A stretch of DNA of 64,000 nt from NCBI GenBank assembly GCA_017478105.1, contig JAFVEF010000037.1, positions 5,945 through 69,944 of the forward strand. Direction: 5' to 3'. This document shows, piece by piece, positions 1-10,062 of the stretch. Both the position numbers and the translations under genes were made by a program. A model generated the notes under the pieces. The model had not been told where the DNA came from, ran no database searches, and saw only the letters and a list, made by a program, of their open reading frames with translations. The DNA is from Bacilli bacterium (GTDB taxonomy: Bacteria > Bacillota_I > Bacilli_A > RF39 > UBA660). Numbering within the stretch: position 1 is the stretch's first letter; every line of letters starts with the position of its first letter.

Positions 1-1246
1 CGTGAGTATCTTTTAACTCTTTAATTATATCATTACATATATTTACAGGATCTTCACTTCTAGGATCTTCATAAGTAAATATTGCATATGTAGCGTTATC
101 AACTACACAATTACCAACTTGTGGTCTTTTATAAGGATCTCTTTCTCCTGCTTGACCAATAACTACTATACTTCTATTAATATCTAATGTATGAACAAAA
201 TTTAATAACTTAGAAATACCATTTGGAGTATGAGCATAATCAACCATTACATAATATGGTGTTTGTGTATTTAATAAATCAAGTCTTCCACTAATATTAA
301 TATTAGGAATCTTTTTAATAATAGATTCCATTGAGAATCCTAAAGAAAGTACACATAAAAGAGCACATGCTAGATTATATACATTAAAATCTCCCATTAA
401 AGGACTAGTTATATTATATTCTGTGTCATGATACTTATAAACAATATCACTATGATCTGGATATAATTTATAACTAACTATTTGTAAATCACATGAAGAA
501 TCTTTACCATAAGTTAAAACATTACAACTACAAGCTTCACGACATTTTTCATAGTATTGATCATCCTTATTCAATACCGCAAAACCCTCTTTTTTAGTTT
601 GTTTAAATAATTGTAGTTTACATTCTAAATAATTCTCAAAAGAACCATGAATATTTAAGTGTTCTGATGTAATATTAGTAATGGCTGAAACATCAAATTC
701 CATTGCTTGTAGTCTTCCTCTAAAGAAAGCCTCACTACTTGTCTCAAGTGCTGCATATTTACAACCTGCTCCTACAAACTCATTTAAAAATGGATACATA
801 TTTTGCGCATCAGGTGTAGTATTAGGACTATCACCACTAAATTTAGCACAACTTCTTCCATTAGTACCAATATATCCACATAAATCATTACCAATTAATG
901 TTTGAATAATAGTCGTAGTACTTGTCTTTCCATCTGTTCCAGTAACACCTATCATTTTCATTTTCTTATCAGGATAATCATAAAATTTTTGACATAAAAA
1001 AGGTAATTCACGATTAGTATCAGGTACCTTAATAGCAGGAACACTAAGAGTTCCTACATCACGACTAACTACAACACAACTTGCCCCATTCTTAATAGCC
1101 TCAGGAATAAAATCATGTCTATCTGCAGAAACACCCATTGTACATACAAACATATCCCCTGGATTAACTTCTTTTGAATTAATTTTAATATCTTTAATAT
1201 TTACATCTACTCCACAATCAGGATATAGATCAATTAGTTTTTTCAT
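1..1246 (-). CDS. murE: UDP-N-acetylmuramoyl-L-alanyl-D-glutamate ligase MurE (C-terminus runs off the left window edge)
   Basis: Minus-strand frame is open from ATG at 1246 to the edge. N-terminus reads MKKLIDLYPDCGVDVNIKDIKINSKEVNPGDMFVC. Carries the Mur-ligase P-loop GVTGTDGKTST and the DYAHTP motif. Confidence 0.8.
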   Translation of the reverse strand, partial: MKKLIDLYPDCGVDVNIKDIKINSKEVNPGDMFVCTMGVSADRHDFIPEAIKNGASCVVVSRDVGTLSVPAIKVPDTNRELPFLCQKFYDYPDKKMKMIGVTGTDGKTSTTTIIQTLIGNDLCGYIGTNGRSCAKFSGDSPNTTPDAQNMYPFLNEFVGAGCKYAALETSSEAFFRGRLQAMEFDVSAITNITSEHLNIHGSFENYLECKLQLFKQTKKEGFAVLNKDDQYYEKCREACSCNVLTYGKDSSCDLQIVSYKLYPDHSDIVYKYHDTEYNITSPLMGDFNVYNLACALLCVLSLGFSMESIIKKIPNINISGRLDLLNTQTPYYVMVDYAHTPNGISKLLNFVHTLDINRSIVVIGQAGERDPYKRPQVGNCVVDNATYAIFTYEDPRSEDPVNICNDIIKELKDTH

Positions 1247-1343
1247 AATACCACCTAAAACAATTATACAGTAAATAAAAAAACAATAAAAGTATTTTCT
1301 TGATATAAACAATTATTTACGTTAAAATAATAATGGTGATAAT

Positions 1344-2249
1344 ATGCAAACAATAGTAATAGGAGCTGAAACAGATCTAGGAGTTCATATTGATGGAGCT
1401 AACCTAGGTCCAATACAATTATTAAATGATTTAAAGGCTTTTTATAAAGGAGAAATACTAACTCTTCAAAAAGATCAAAGTATAATAAAAAGTAGAAATC
1501 TATCAGACAGAAGAAAAAATGAATATGCCGTTGATGAGTTTAATTCAAAATTATATAAACTTGTAAGTGAAAAATTAAAAGAAGATTATTTTCCAATAGT
1601 AATAGGAGGAGATCATTCAATTTCAATTGGCTCTGCTCTAGCATGTGCTAAAGAAAATATTGATGTTGGCCTAATATGGATAGATGCCCATGCTAATTAT
1701 AATACTTTTGAAACAACTGTAACTGGTAATATGAATGGACTACCTCTCGCAACAATAAATGGTTATAAAAATCCAGAGTTAAGACACTTTCATGAAGGAA
1801 AAATTATCCAACCAGCCAAAACAGTTATTATAGGTGCTAGAAATATAGATGATGGTGAAAAAGATAATATTAGATATTCTGGAGTAACAGTCTATACAAC
1901 AAAAGACATAAAAGAAAAAGGTATTGAACAAATAATGGAAGAAGCCTTTCAAATAGCTGGTTTTAAAACAAAAGGAATATATGTTAGTTTTGATTTAGAT
2001 ATTATTGACCCAGATGTATCTCCTGGAGTATCAGTACCAGAATTTGATGGTTTATCTGAAGAAGAAACAATGAAAATTAATGAATTATTAATTAAAAATA
2101 TGAAACAAATTTTAGCATACGAATTAGTAGAATTTAACCCATTAAGAGATATAAATAGAAAAACAGAACAAATAGCTCTTAACCTACTAGCACAAATTAT
2201 AAAAGCAGCAGAAGCCAAAAAGAAATGGGAACAAACAACTTATTATTAA
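1344..2249 (+). CDS. Arginase/ureohydrolase-family protein with atypical active-site residues
   Basis: 301 aa. Motifs GGDHSIS, WIDAHANYNT and SFDLDIIDP align with Bacillus arginase. The DAHxD motif reads DAHAN, and GNIHG reads GNMNG. Confidence 0.75.
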   Translation: MQTIVIGAETDLGVHIDGANLGPIQLLNDLKAFYKGEILTLQKDQSIIKSRNLSDRRKNEYAVDEFNSKLYKLVSEKLKEDYFPIVIGGDHSISIGSALACAKENIDVGLIWIDAHANYNTFETTVTGNMNGLPLATINGYKNPELRHFHEGKIIQPAKTVIIGARNIDDGEKDNIRYSGVTVYTTKDIKEKGIEQIMEEAFQIAGFKTKGIYVSFDLDIIDPDVSPGVSVPEFDGLSEEETMKINELLIKNMKQILAYELVEFNPLRDINRKTEQIALNLLAQIIKAAEAKKKWEQTTYY

Positions 2250-2281
2250 AAAAAGAAAATGTATCAATCGATACATTTTTA

Positions 2282-3565
2282 TTATCCTATTCTAAAAGCC
2301 GGTGAGACACCGAGAGGATTACTAGCACTGACATAACTCCAAAAGCCATTGTTGTCAACACTGTAGAAAGCGTAAGCATAATAAGAATAAGCCGAGCGCA
2401 GCCACCACCAATAATTAGAACCATTTCTTTGCTTAATAGCCCCTGAATAGTTTGATGTTGTGACATTTAAACCTGCATAATAATCTAATTGTCTTGTATT
2501 ATTATATGCTGTATCTCGATAGTCTATTCCATCATATTTTTTTCCATCTACATCTTCCCATACTTCATGTGTTGATAAAAAATATAGTTTATTAGTTGAG
2601 GTAAAGTTAGTCTCTCCTGTACTTGCTGCATGTCCTGATACTACTGTTGTATCTATTATTCCATTTTTTAATTCTGTTGGTAGTGCATTATAAATATCTG
2701 TATTTACATATAATCTCATGGAACTTGATGGCCAGCCACCTACATTTGTACTTGTTGAATTCATATTATGAATTGATATAATATCTGCAAACTCTAACAC
2801 AAATCCGCACGCTGTCTGAGAAAAGCCAGTAATAGAACACTCACTTGGAGTTGATCTGTTTGCGATCCTTAAAGTATGTGTTTCAAACGTTCCCATATCT
2901 ACTTCTTTAGTACTTCCTACTGTATAATAACTTGGTATTGTATTGTTTTTAACATTATTTACAATAGTTTCCCATGAATCATTTTTAAATGATGATCTTA
3001 TTACCGCATTACTATCACTTTGGACATATGTTACTGAAAATGATAGATTTAGTGTTTGAGCACCTTCTGGTATATCTGATACACTAATATCTTTCTTATA
3101 ACCTACATGTACTTTATATTTTTCAGATGTGTTTGCTGCTAGTAAATGATTAGGTGCTATATCTATTCCATCTTCATATGATACTTTGTATTCTAAATAA
3201 TTAGGAAGGGTTGTTATTTCTGTACCATTTAATTTATTTGATATTACTGATACCATTCCATCTATTGTTCCGGCATTAACTGCATCTACTGTAAATTCAT
3301 AGTATTCACCTGGAATAGTTAATGTTACTGAATAGTTTACTGTAGTTTTAATTGTATCAATAGTTGGAGTAGTTGCTGATACACTTCCTGATTTAACACT
3401 TACATTCTCCCAATGTATATCCCAAGTAGGTGCACTTATTTCTGATGATCCTAATATATTTAGATTACTACTTAATATAGCATATCCTATTGATACTACT
3501 AATAACATTATAATTAGAATCATATAATTTAATTTTCTTTTATTTTTATTATAACTATATCTCAT
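2282..3565 (-). CDS. Surface protein: shared N-terminal module plus C-terminal DUF6273-like domain
   Basis: The ORF track starts at GTG 3580. ATG 3565 (MRYSYNKNKRK...) sits behind AAAGGGGTGA. Hydrophobic anchor followed by SIGYAILSSNLNILG. C-terminus has WWWLRS...GVSPAFRIG. Paralog of 11283-12530. Confidence 0.7.
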   Translation of the reverse strand: MRYSYNKNKRKLNYMILIIMLLVVSIGYAILSSNLNILGSSEISAPTWDIHWENVSVKSGSVSATTPTIDTIKTTVNYSVTLTIPGEYYEFTVDAVNAGTIDGMVSVISNKLNGTEITTLPNYLEYKVSYEDGIDIAPNHLLAANTSEKYKVHVGYKKDISVSDIPEGAQTLNLSFSVTYVQSDSNAVIRSSFKNDSWETIVNNVKNNTIPSYYTVGSTKEVDMGTFETHTLRIANRSTPSECSITGFSQTACGFVLEFADIISIHNMNSTSTNVGGWPSSSMRLYVNTDIYNALPTELKNGIIDTTVVSGHAASTGETNFTSTNKLYFLSTHEVWEDVDGKKYDGIDYRDTAYNNTRQLDYYAGLNVTTSNYSGAIKQRNGSNYWWWLRSAYSYYAYAFYSVDNNGFWSYVSASNPLGVSPAFRIG

Positions 3566-3584
3566 ATAAAATAAATTCACCCCT

Positions 3585-5900
3585 TTAACTAATTAGACTT
3601 CCTTTAACTACATTTCCAACAGTATATCCCTGGTAAATCGTATTTACAATATCATTAATATTTGTTACTTCACTAGTATAGTTAACTGTTACCTTACAAC
3701 CGGATTTTACTGACGTAGTATGAAAACAATTAGTAAACTCAGATGGCTTTTTGTAAATATTAACTGTAGCTTTTGCACCTTGTGCATAATAAAACATTGC
3801 ATCAATATTATCTGCATAAACTTTAAAAGTTCCGATACTTCTCCAGTCATTAGACTCACGACCAGCACAATAAAACATTAATCCCATATTTGTAACTTTG
3901 GATGTATCCCAATTTGATAAATTACCTATATTCCATGTTGTTGCATAATATCCTGCATTTGCAAACATACAATACATATCAGTAACATTAGAAACATTCC
4001 AATTTGATAAGTCCCCAATAGACCATGAAGAAGTATTTTCACCAGCGCAACTAAATAATGAATTCATTGTAGTTACTTTTGATGTATTCCATCCTGACAA
4101 ATCGCCAACATACCACGTATTAGCATATCTACCAGCTGAACTAAACGTACATTTCAAAGTAGTTACATTAGAAACATCCCAATTTGCTAAATTACCCAAA
4201 TTAAATGAGGTTTTAGCATTACACCCAGCAGAACAAAACATATAAGACATATTAGTAACTTTTGAAGTACTCCAACTTGACAAATCACCCAAATTAAATG
4301 AGGTTCTAGCATTATACCCAGCATATGCAAACATATAAGACATATTAGTAACTTTTGTAGTACTCCAGTTTGACAAATCCCCCAAACTAAAAGTTTCAGT
4401 CACACTATATCCAGATTTTTGAAACATCGCAGACATATTTGTCGCTTTAGAAGTATCCCAATTAGATAAATCACCAATATTCCATGTTGTAGCAGTATAA
4501 CCAAGCCCCTGAAATGTCATTAAAAAATTACTAACTTTACCAACATTTCAATTATTAAGTGTTCCAATACTAAATGAAGTTGCCTGATAAGCAGCATTAT
4601 AAAACATTCTTCTCATATTTGTAACGCTTGAAACATTCCAGCTTGATAAATCACCTATGCTCCAAGTTGTGGCATTTTTACCAATACAATTAAATGTATC
4701 AAACATGTTAGTTACATTTCCTGTATTCCAACTGGTTACATTAATTTGAAACGACGTAGTATTATACCCTAAATCCTCAAATAAATCTTGCATGTTTGTA
4801 ACTTTTGATACATTCCAATTTTGAAATGTCCCACCTGTCCAACTACTTGCACTATAGCATGCATCTAAAAACATAGCAGACATATTAGTAACATTTGAAA
4901 CATTCCAATTCTCAAAACTTCCTGCATTCCAACTGGTCGCATCATGTCCAGCATTAGAAAACAAATTTGACATATTAGTAATTCCTGATGTGTCCCAACT
5001 TGAAATATTACTAACCGTATAACTACCAACAGAATATCCAGAATAACTAAACATATAAGCTAAACTATTTACATTACTTATATTTAAATTAGCCGCATTA
5101 AAATTTTCTAATTGTTTTAAATAATACGTATAATATGTTAAGTCTGATGCGAGTACTGCTCCCTCTGAAGATCCAATTACTATTTCATATTTACTATCAC
5201 TATCACTATCAAAATACCAGGCCTTTATAGAACCATTTTGTTTTACTGATACATCCCATGAACCGATTGCATTATTTGGAACAGTATTAGTAGTAGTAAA
5301 AGATATTGTTTCAATATTTAAACTATTAATTGGTCCACCTAACCAATTATATCCTGCATCAGCATCAGATTTTCCAGTGTTTCCAATCATCATATTTAAA
5401 ATATAATTATTAAAATTAAAAGTTAATTCATAGTTTAATGTCTTAGTAGAAGGAACTGTTGTAACTGAACTTTTATATTTAAAAGTTATTGTAAAAGTAG
5501 TTGTGGCATTACCAAGTATCTTATCTCCTAAACTATAACCACTTATTGTATATTCAATATTTGAATTAGAAAAAGTAGTATTTGTTATAGAACTAATCTC
5601 TTTATCTAAAGCTACATAATTCTTTGTATTAACTGTAATAGTAACTGTAGAATTCAAATTAGGTAAACTAATTCCACCACTTATACTTGTATAATCAAAA
5701 GAAACTGGAGTTGTCTGAGCTCCACTATTAGTTACACCATTTAGACTAGCAGAAGTAACACGAATATCTGCAGCCTTCATAAACGCCACATCTCCACTTA
5801 TCTTTAAATTAGTAGAAATTGCCGAATATCCAATAGACATGAAAGTAGTTAATACTAATATCACAAAAGCAAATAAATTGTAGTAATGATATTTTCTCAT
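3585..5900 (-). pseudogene. DUF285/BspA-family repeat surface protein split by one in-frame TGA
   Basis: ORFs 4548-5900 and 3585-4520 share one frame (5900 and 4520 are both 2 mod 3). The only stop between them is TGA at 4548-4550. Repeats of the type SxWDTSxVTNMSxMF continue on both sides. Confidence 0.75.
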
Positions 5901-5982
5901 AGTATGTACTCTCCTATTATATTAATAGTATCGTCTATATTTTTTTTGTCAATAATATCAATTACTTTAGATATTTAATTTA

Positions 5983-6014
5983 CAAAAAAAATAACTTTCT
6001 AATTTGAAAGTTAT
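5983..6014 (-). terminator. Rho-independent terminator after ftsZ
   Basis: On the minus strand: ATAACTTTC-AAATTA-GAAAGTTAT followed by T8, starting 14 nt after the ftsZ TAA. Confidence 0.7.
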
Positions 6015-6027
6015 TTTATTATTTATT

Positions 6028-7149
6028 TTAAAAATTACGATCTCTTAACCAAGATGGAACACTTAAGTCTTGATGATTATTTACAACAGGTTCTGCTGGT
6101 TTATCATCTAAAACTTCTGGTTGATATGAATAATCTTCTCTAGGTTGTCTTCTCACTGTATTTGTAGGATAACTCTCCTCTTCTTTTTCCTTTTTATTAG
6201 CCTTATCAAAACCAGTAGCAATTACTGTAACAATAACTTCATCACTTAAATTTTCATTGATAACAGAACCAAATATTGTATTAATATCAGTATTAGCAGC
6301 ACTTCTAACAACTTCAGCAGCTTGTTCTGCTTCAAATAAAGTTAAGTTAACTCCACCAGTAATATTAATAATAGCATCAGTAGCACCTTCAATAGATGTT
6401 TCAAGAAGTGGAGATGAAACAGCTTGTTTAGCAGCTTCTAAAGCTCTATCTTCTCCCATACCAATACCAATACCAATAATAGCACGTCCACTCTTCTCCA
6501 TTACAGCTTTAACATCAGCAAAGTCTAAGTTAACAAGTCCAACAACAGCAATTAAATCAGAAATAGATTGTACACCTCTACGTAATACATTATCAACTTC
6601 TTTAAATGCTTCAAGCATTGGAGTAGATTTATCAATTATTTCTCTTAATCTATCATTTGGAATAACAATTAATGTATCGACATGTTTCTTTAATTCTTCA
6701 ATACCTGCTAAAGCATTTTCCATTCTTCTTTTTCCTTCGAATGAAAATGGTTTAGTAACTATAGCAACTGTTAAAGCTCCAAGACCTTGTGCAATTTCAG
6801 CAACTATAGGAGCAGCACCAGTACCAGTACCTCCACCCATTCCACAAGTAATGAAAACCATATCAGCACCAGCCAAAGCTTCTTCAATTTCCTTTTTAGA
6901 TTCAACTGCTGATTCTTTACCTACTTCAGGTTTTCCTCCAGCACCTAATCCATCAGTTAAAGTTGCTCCAATTTGAATTTTAACATCAGCCTTACTCGTA
7001 TTTAATACTTGCAAATCAGTATTAGCAGCAATAAATTCTACGCCTTTAACTCCAGATTCAACCATTCTATTGACAGCGTTTCCACCACCGCCACCTAAAC
7101 CAATGACCTTTATTTTGGCCAATTGATCCATTTCTAATCCGCCTATCAT
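6028..7149 (-). CDS. ftsZ: Cell division protein FtsZ
   Basis: [10 protein letters not shown] and [10 protein letters not shown] tubulin signature. C-terminal tail is [20 protein letters not shown] lies 7 nt before the ATG. Confidence 0.97.
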   Translation of the reverse strand: MIGGLEMDQLAKIKVIGLGGGGGNAVNRMVESGVKGVEFIAANTDLQVLNTSKADVKIQIGATLTDGLGAGGKPEVGKESAVESKKEIEEALAGADMVFITCGMGGGTGTGAAPIVAEIAQGLGALTVAIVTKPFSFEGKRRMENALAGIEELKKHVDTLIVIPNDRLREIIDKSTPMLEAFKEVDNVLRRGVQSISDLIAVVGLVNLDFADVKAVMEKSGRAIIGIGIGMGEDRALEAAKQAVSSPLLETSIEGATDAIINITGGVNLTLFEAEQAAEVVRSAANTDINTIFGSVINENLSDEVIVTVIATGFDKANKKEKEEESYPTNTVRRQPREDYSYQPEVLDDKPAEPVVNNHQDLSVPSWLRDRNF

Positions 7150-7161
7150 ACTTTTTCCTCC

Positions 7162-8397
7162 TTAATGTTCGAAAAAGTGTCCAAACACTTTACTTAGCAT
7201 ATTTTCATTTGTAACACTAGAATCAACTGAAACAATCGCATCAATCTCATCCTTACTAAACATATTATAATGTTTACCACGTAATTTTAATTTATCATCA
7301 AAATATTTAATAGTACCATATGAACTACTAAATTTATTATGTCTTACTCCCATAGTAGTTATATTACATACTTTTGCAACAAAACCAAATTCCTGTTCAA
7401 CAACATTACTAAAACCAGCCAATTCAGTTAAGCCACCTGTTACAATTATATAACGTATTTCTCTATTTGTTAAGTTTTTTATTTCATTTTTTGTTAGTTT
7501 AAGTATTTCTCTAATACGAGCCTCTACTACTTTAGATACTCCTAATTGATTTAACTCTTTAACAGTACCATCTTCCATATTAGCTTTATACAACTCATTA
7601 CTATCAGCATAACTAGCTAAAGCCATACTAAACTTTTCTTTAATATTATTAGCTTCTTCTAAAGAAGTTTTAAATACATAAGATATATCTTTAGAAACAT
7701 TACTACTACCTACTGGTAATAAACTATTCTTAATTTGAATACCTTTATTAAATACACTTACATTAGTAGATTCTTCTCCAATATTTATAATAGCCCCTAC
7801 TAAATCATCATATTTTCTATCTTTAATAGCAAAATAATCTCCAACAGAAGAAAAACAAACATCTACTGTTTCTAAACCAGCTAATTTTAATACTTCTAAT
7901 ATTCTATATAAAGGTTCTTTAGGAGTAGTACTAACAACAACTCTTGTATCTAAAGTACTTCCTTTCATACCTTTAGGATCACTAACACTCTTATTATCAT
8001 CTATTGTAAAATGAATAGGCATACAAGAAACTAATTCATCACTTGAAAAATCCATTCCTTTAATTGCATCTAATAAACAATTACTTACATCACTACCAGT
8101 TATTTCATTATAATCTATAACACTACAACTACCAACTACAATATCCATTTTACATTGACTTGATGGAATACAAGCAACTACTTTAGATACTCTTACTCCA
8201 AGCATATCATCTATTTTCTTTAAAGCTACTTTAATACTATTAACACTAGCTTTGCTATCTATAATAAAACCATCTTTAATTCCCTTAGAAGGACTACTAA
8301 CAGATGCTAAAACATTAAAATTATCATTAACTTTTTCACATACAACTATTTTAATAGAATTAGTTCCTAAATCAATACAAGAATATACATCTCTCAT
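7162..8397 (-). CDS. ftsA: Cell division protein FtsA
   Basis: 411 aa, actin-like (IDLGTNSIK...). Sits immediately upstream of ftsZ. AGGAGG RBS. Confidence 0.93.
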   Translation of the reverse strand: MRDVYSCIDLGTNSIKIVVCEKVNDNFNVLASVSSPSKGIKDGFIIDSKASVNSIKVALKKIDDMLGVRVSKVVACIPSSQCKMDIVVGSCSVIDYNEITGSDVSNCLLDAIKGMDFSSDELVSCMPIHFTIDDNKSVSDPKGMKGSTLDTRVVVSTTPKEPLYRILEVLKLAGLETVDVCFSSVGDYFAIKDRKYDDLVGAIINIGEESTNVSVFNKGIQIKNSLLPVGSSNVSKDISYVFKTSLEEANNIKEKFSMALASYADSNELYKANMEDGTVKELNQLGVSKVVEARIREILKLTKNEIKNLTNREIRYIIVTGGLTELAGFSNVVEQEFGFVAKVCNITTMGVRHNKFSSSYGTIKYFDDKLKLRGKHYNMFSKDEIDAIVSVDSSVTNENMLSKVFGHFFEH

Positions 8398-8457
8398 AAC
8401 TTCCTCCTATCATAAATATCATTATACAATATTTTTTTAAAATTAAAAAGATATTTA

Positions 8458-9159
8458 TTACTGTTTTATTTGGAAATGATTACCATTATCTAAATAAAGA
8501 ATACCTTTATGATTATCTAATTGTTTTAATACATCATTATAATGATTAATCATTTTAAATTTAGTTAAAGTAAGATAAACCATATTAGAATCATCCATAT
8601 ATAATAAAAATCTATCTTTATCATAATCATTAGGTTGATATTCAATATCACTTATTTTAGATAAAACATCTTCTTTTATTCTACCCATTCCTTTTAAATA
8701 TTTTTTATATTTATTATCTGGTACATAATTAAGAAGTCTTGGTACTCTAAAATTATGACTTATTTCTTCATCTCCAACACTTTCCCCATTTTCAAAGATA
8801 TATTTTTCAGATGTAACATCATAATATAAAGGTTTATTTTCTGTAATATTTAAAACTAAAGTAAAAGGAAATCTTCTACTTAATTTAGCTTTCTTTATAT
8901 ATACATTTTTTTCTAATTCTTTAGATACTTTTAAATTAGTAGTTAAAAAAAACTTAGGATAATCAATTACTCCTGCTTTTTCTAAAACATAATCATCACT
9001 TAAATAATTAGTATTTAATACAATTAAATTAGTTGTTTTAATATTAAATATTAAATAAAAGCCAAAAAATAGTCCTACTAAACATAATAGCACTAATAAT
9101 AAACTAACTAGTTTAATTTTTCTTTTTTTGACTATTTTTTTGGCCATAATTACTCCCAA
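8458..9159 (-). CDS. divIB: Cell division protein DivIB/FtsQ
   Basis: N-terminal basic stretch plus TM (LVSLLLVLLCLVGLFFGFYLIF) and a POTRA-like body. Lies between murB and ftsA. The likely true start is ATG 9147 (MAKKIVKK), behind GGGAG. Confidence 0.8.
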   Translation of the reverse strand: MGVIMAKKIVKKRKIKLVSLLLVLLCLVGLFFGFYLIFNIKTTNLIVLNTNYLSDDYVLEKAGVIDYPKFFLTTNLKVSKELEKNVYIKKAKLSRRFPFTLVLNITENKPLYYDVTSEKYIFENGESVGDEEISHNFRVPRLLNYVPDNKYKKYLKGMGRIKEDVLSKISDIEYQPNDYDKDRFLLYMDDSNMVYLTLTKFKMINHYNDVLKQLDNHKGILYLDNGNHFQIKQ

Positions 9160-10058
9160 TTAACAAATTCTTGCTCTATCTTCATATCTATTCCATTTTC
9201 TTTTAAAACTGTATCATGACATAAATCTATTAAATATTTAATATCACTACTTTTAGCATTTTTATAATTAACTATGAAATTAGCATGTTTATTACTAACC
9301 ATAGCTCCTCCTTTTTTAAATCCTTTAAGGCCACAATCTTCTATTAATTTACCTGCAAAATTATCTGGAGGATTTCTAAATACACTTCCACAAGAAGGAT
9401 ATTCTAAAGGTTGTGAAGCAAGTCTTCTTTCTCTTCTTTCACTAACTACTTCTTCTATAGCTTCCTTTTTTCCTTTTTGTAATTTAAATACAACTTCTAA
9501 ACAAATATAATCACGATGTTTTTGTAAGAAAGAACTTCTATAATGAAAATCCATTTCTTTATTTTCTAAATTAATAACTTCATATTTAGGAGTTAATACT
9601 TTAACAGTTTCTACAACATAACCCATATCTGATTTATAAGCGCCAGCATTCATAAAAACACTTCCACCTACACTACCAGGTATACCTGTTGCAAACTCTA
9701 ATCCTGTAAGCCCTTTCTTACAAGCCATTAAACTAAGTTTAATTAAAGAAACTCCTGCCCCTACACGTATTTTATTTCTTCCAAAGAATTCTATATCATC
9801 AAATTCATTTAGTTTAATTAAAACCCCTTCATAAGTCTTATCACTAAACAAGATATTAGAACCATATCCTATTACTTTAAAAGGTATTTCACTACTTTTT
9901 AAATATTTAAGAAGTTTAATTAATTTAGTAGTATTACGTGGATATATTACCATTCTAGCTATACCACCAGCTTTATAAGTACTATATTCTTTCAAAGAAA
10001 CATTTTCTTCTACTCTTCCAATACCCATTTCTTTAATTTTATTTATTTTTTCTTTCAT
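9150..10058 (-). CDS. murB: UDP-N-acetylenolpyruvoylglucosamine reductase MurB
   Basis: 302 aa, FAD-binding type (YSTYKAGG, GSNILFSD, GIPGSVGG, SCGSVFRNP). Confidence 0.93.
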   Translation of the reverse strand: MKEKINKIKEMGIGRVEENVSLKEYSTYKAGGIARMVIYPRNTTKLIKLLKYLKSSEIPFKVIGYGSNILFSDKTYEGVLIKLNEFDDIEFFGRNKIRVGAGVSLIKLSLMACKKGLTGLEFATGIPGSVGGSVFMNAGAYKSDMGYVVETVKVLTPKYEVINLENKEMDFHYRSSFLQKHRDYICLEVVFKLQKGKKEAIEEVVSERRERRLASQPLEYPSCGSVFRNPPDNFAGKLIEDCGLKGFKKGGAMVSNKHANFIVNYKNAKSSDIKYLIDLCHDTVLKENGIDMKIEQEFVNWE

Positions 10059-10062
10059 AAAA

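Noticed and set aside
2282-2460. The hyper-divergent N/Y/S-rich C-terminus after WWLR in the DUF6273 paralogs looked like a diversity-generating-retroelement variable region.
   Set aside because: There is no reverse transcriptase, template repeat or IMH-like element anywhere in the window. The divergence is explained by ordinary paralog drift.
4548-4550. TGA aligned with a conserved Trp in a Mollicute-type DUF285 protein suggested genetic code 4 (TGA=Trp).
   Set aside because: relA (33022-33024) and mutM (17165-17167) end on TGA at their natural C-termini. Long genes (polA, secDF, topA, relA) are unbroken under code 11. A point mutation is the simpler explanation.
3600-5200. Periodic ~90-nt DNA repeats in the DUF285/BspA genes (also at 24600-25500) could be mistaken for a repeat array or CRISPR.
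   Set aside because: They are in-frame coding repeats (..W(D/N)xSxVTNMxxMF..), with no unique spacers and no cas genes.
6257-6976. A 239-aa plus-strand ORF inside ftsZ. Similar antisense ORFs occur at 681-905, 1949-2218, 8252-8440, 9274-9510, 10073-10273, 14949-15212, 15441-15692, 38000-38221, 46162-46533, 48167-48574, 49880-50074, 52506-52823 and 59576-59851.
   Set aside because: These are shadow ORFs opposite well-supported genes. They have low-complexity composition, no RBS and no motifs.
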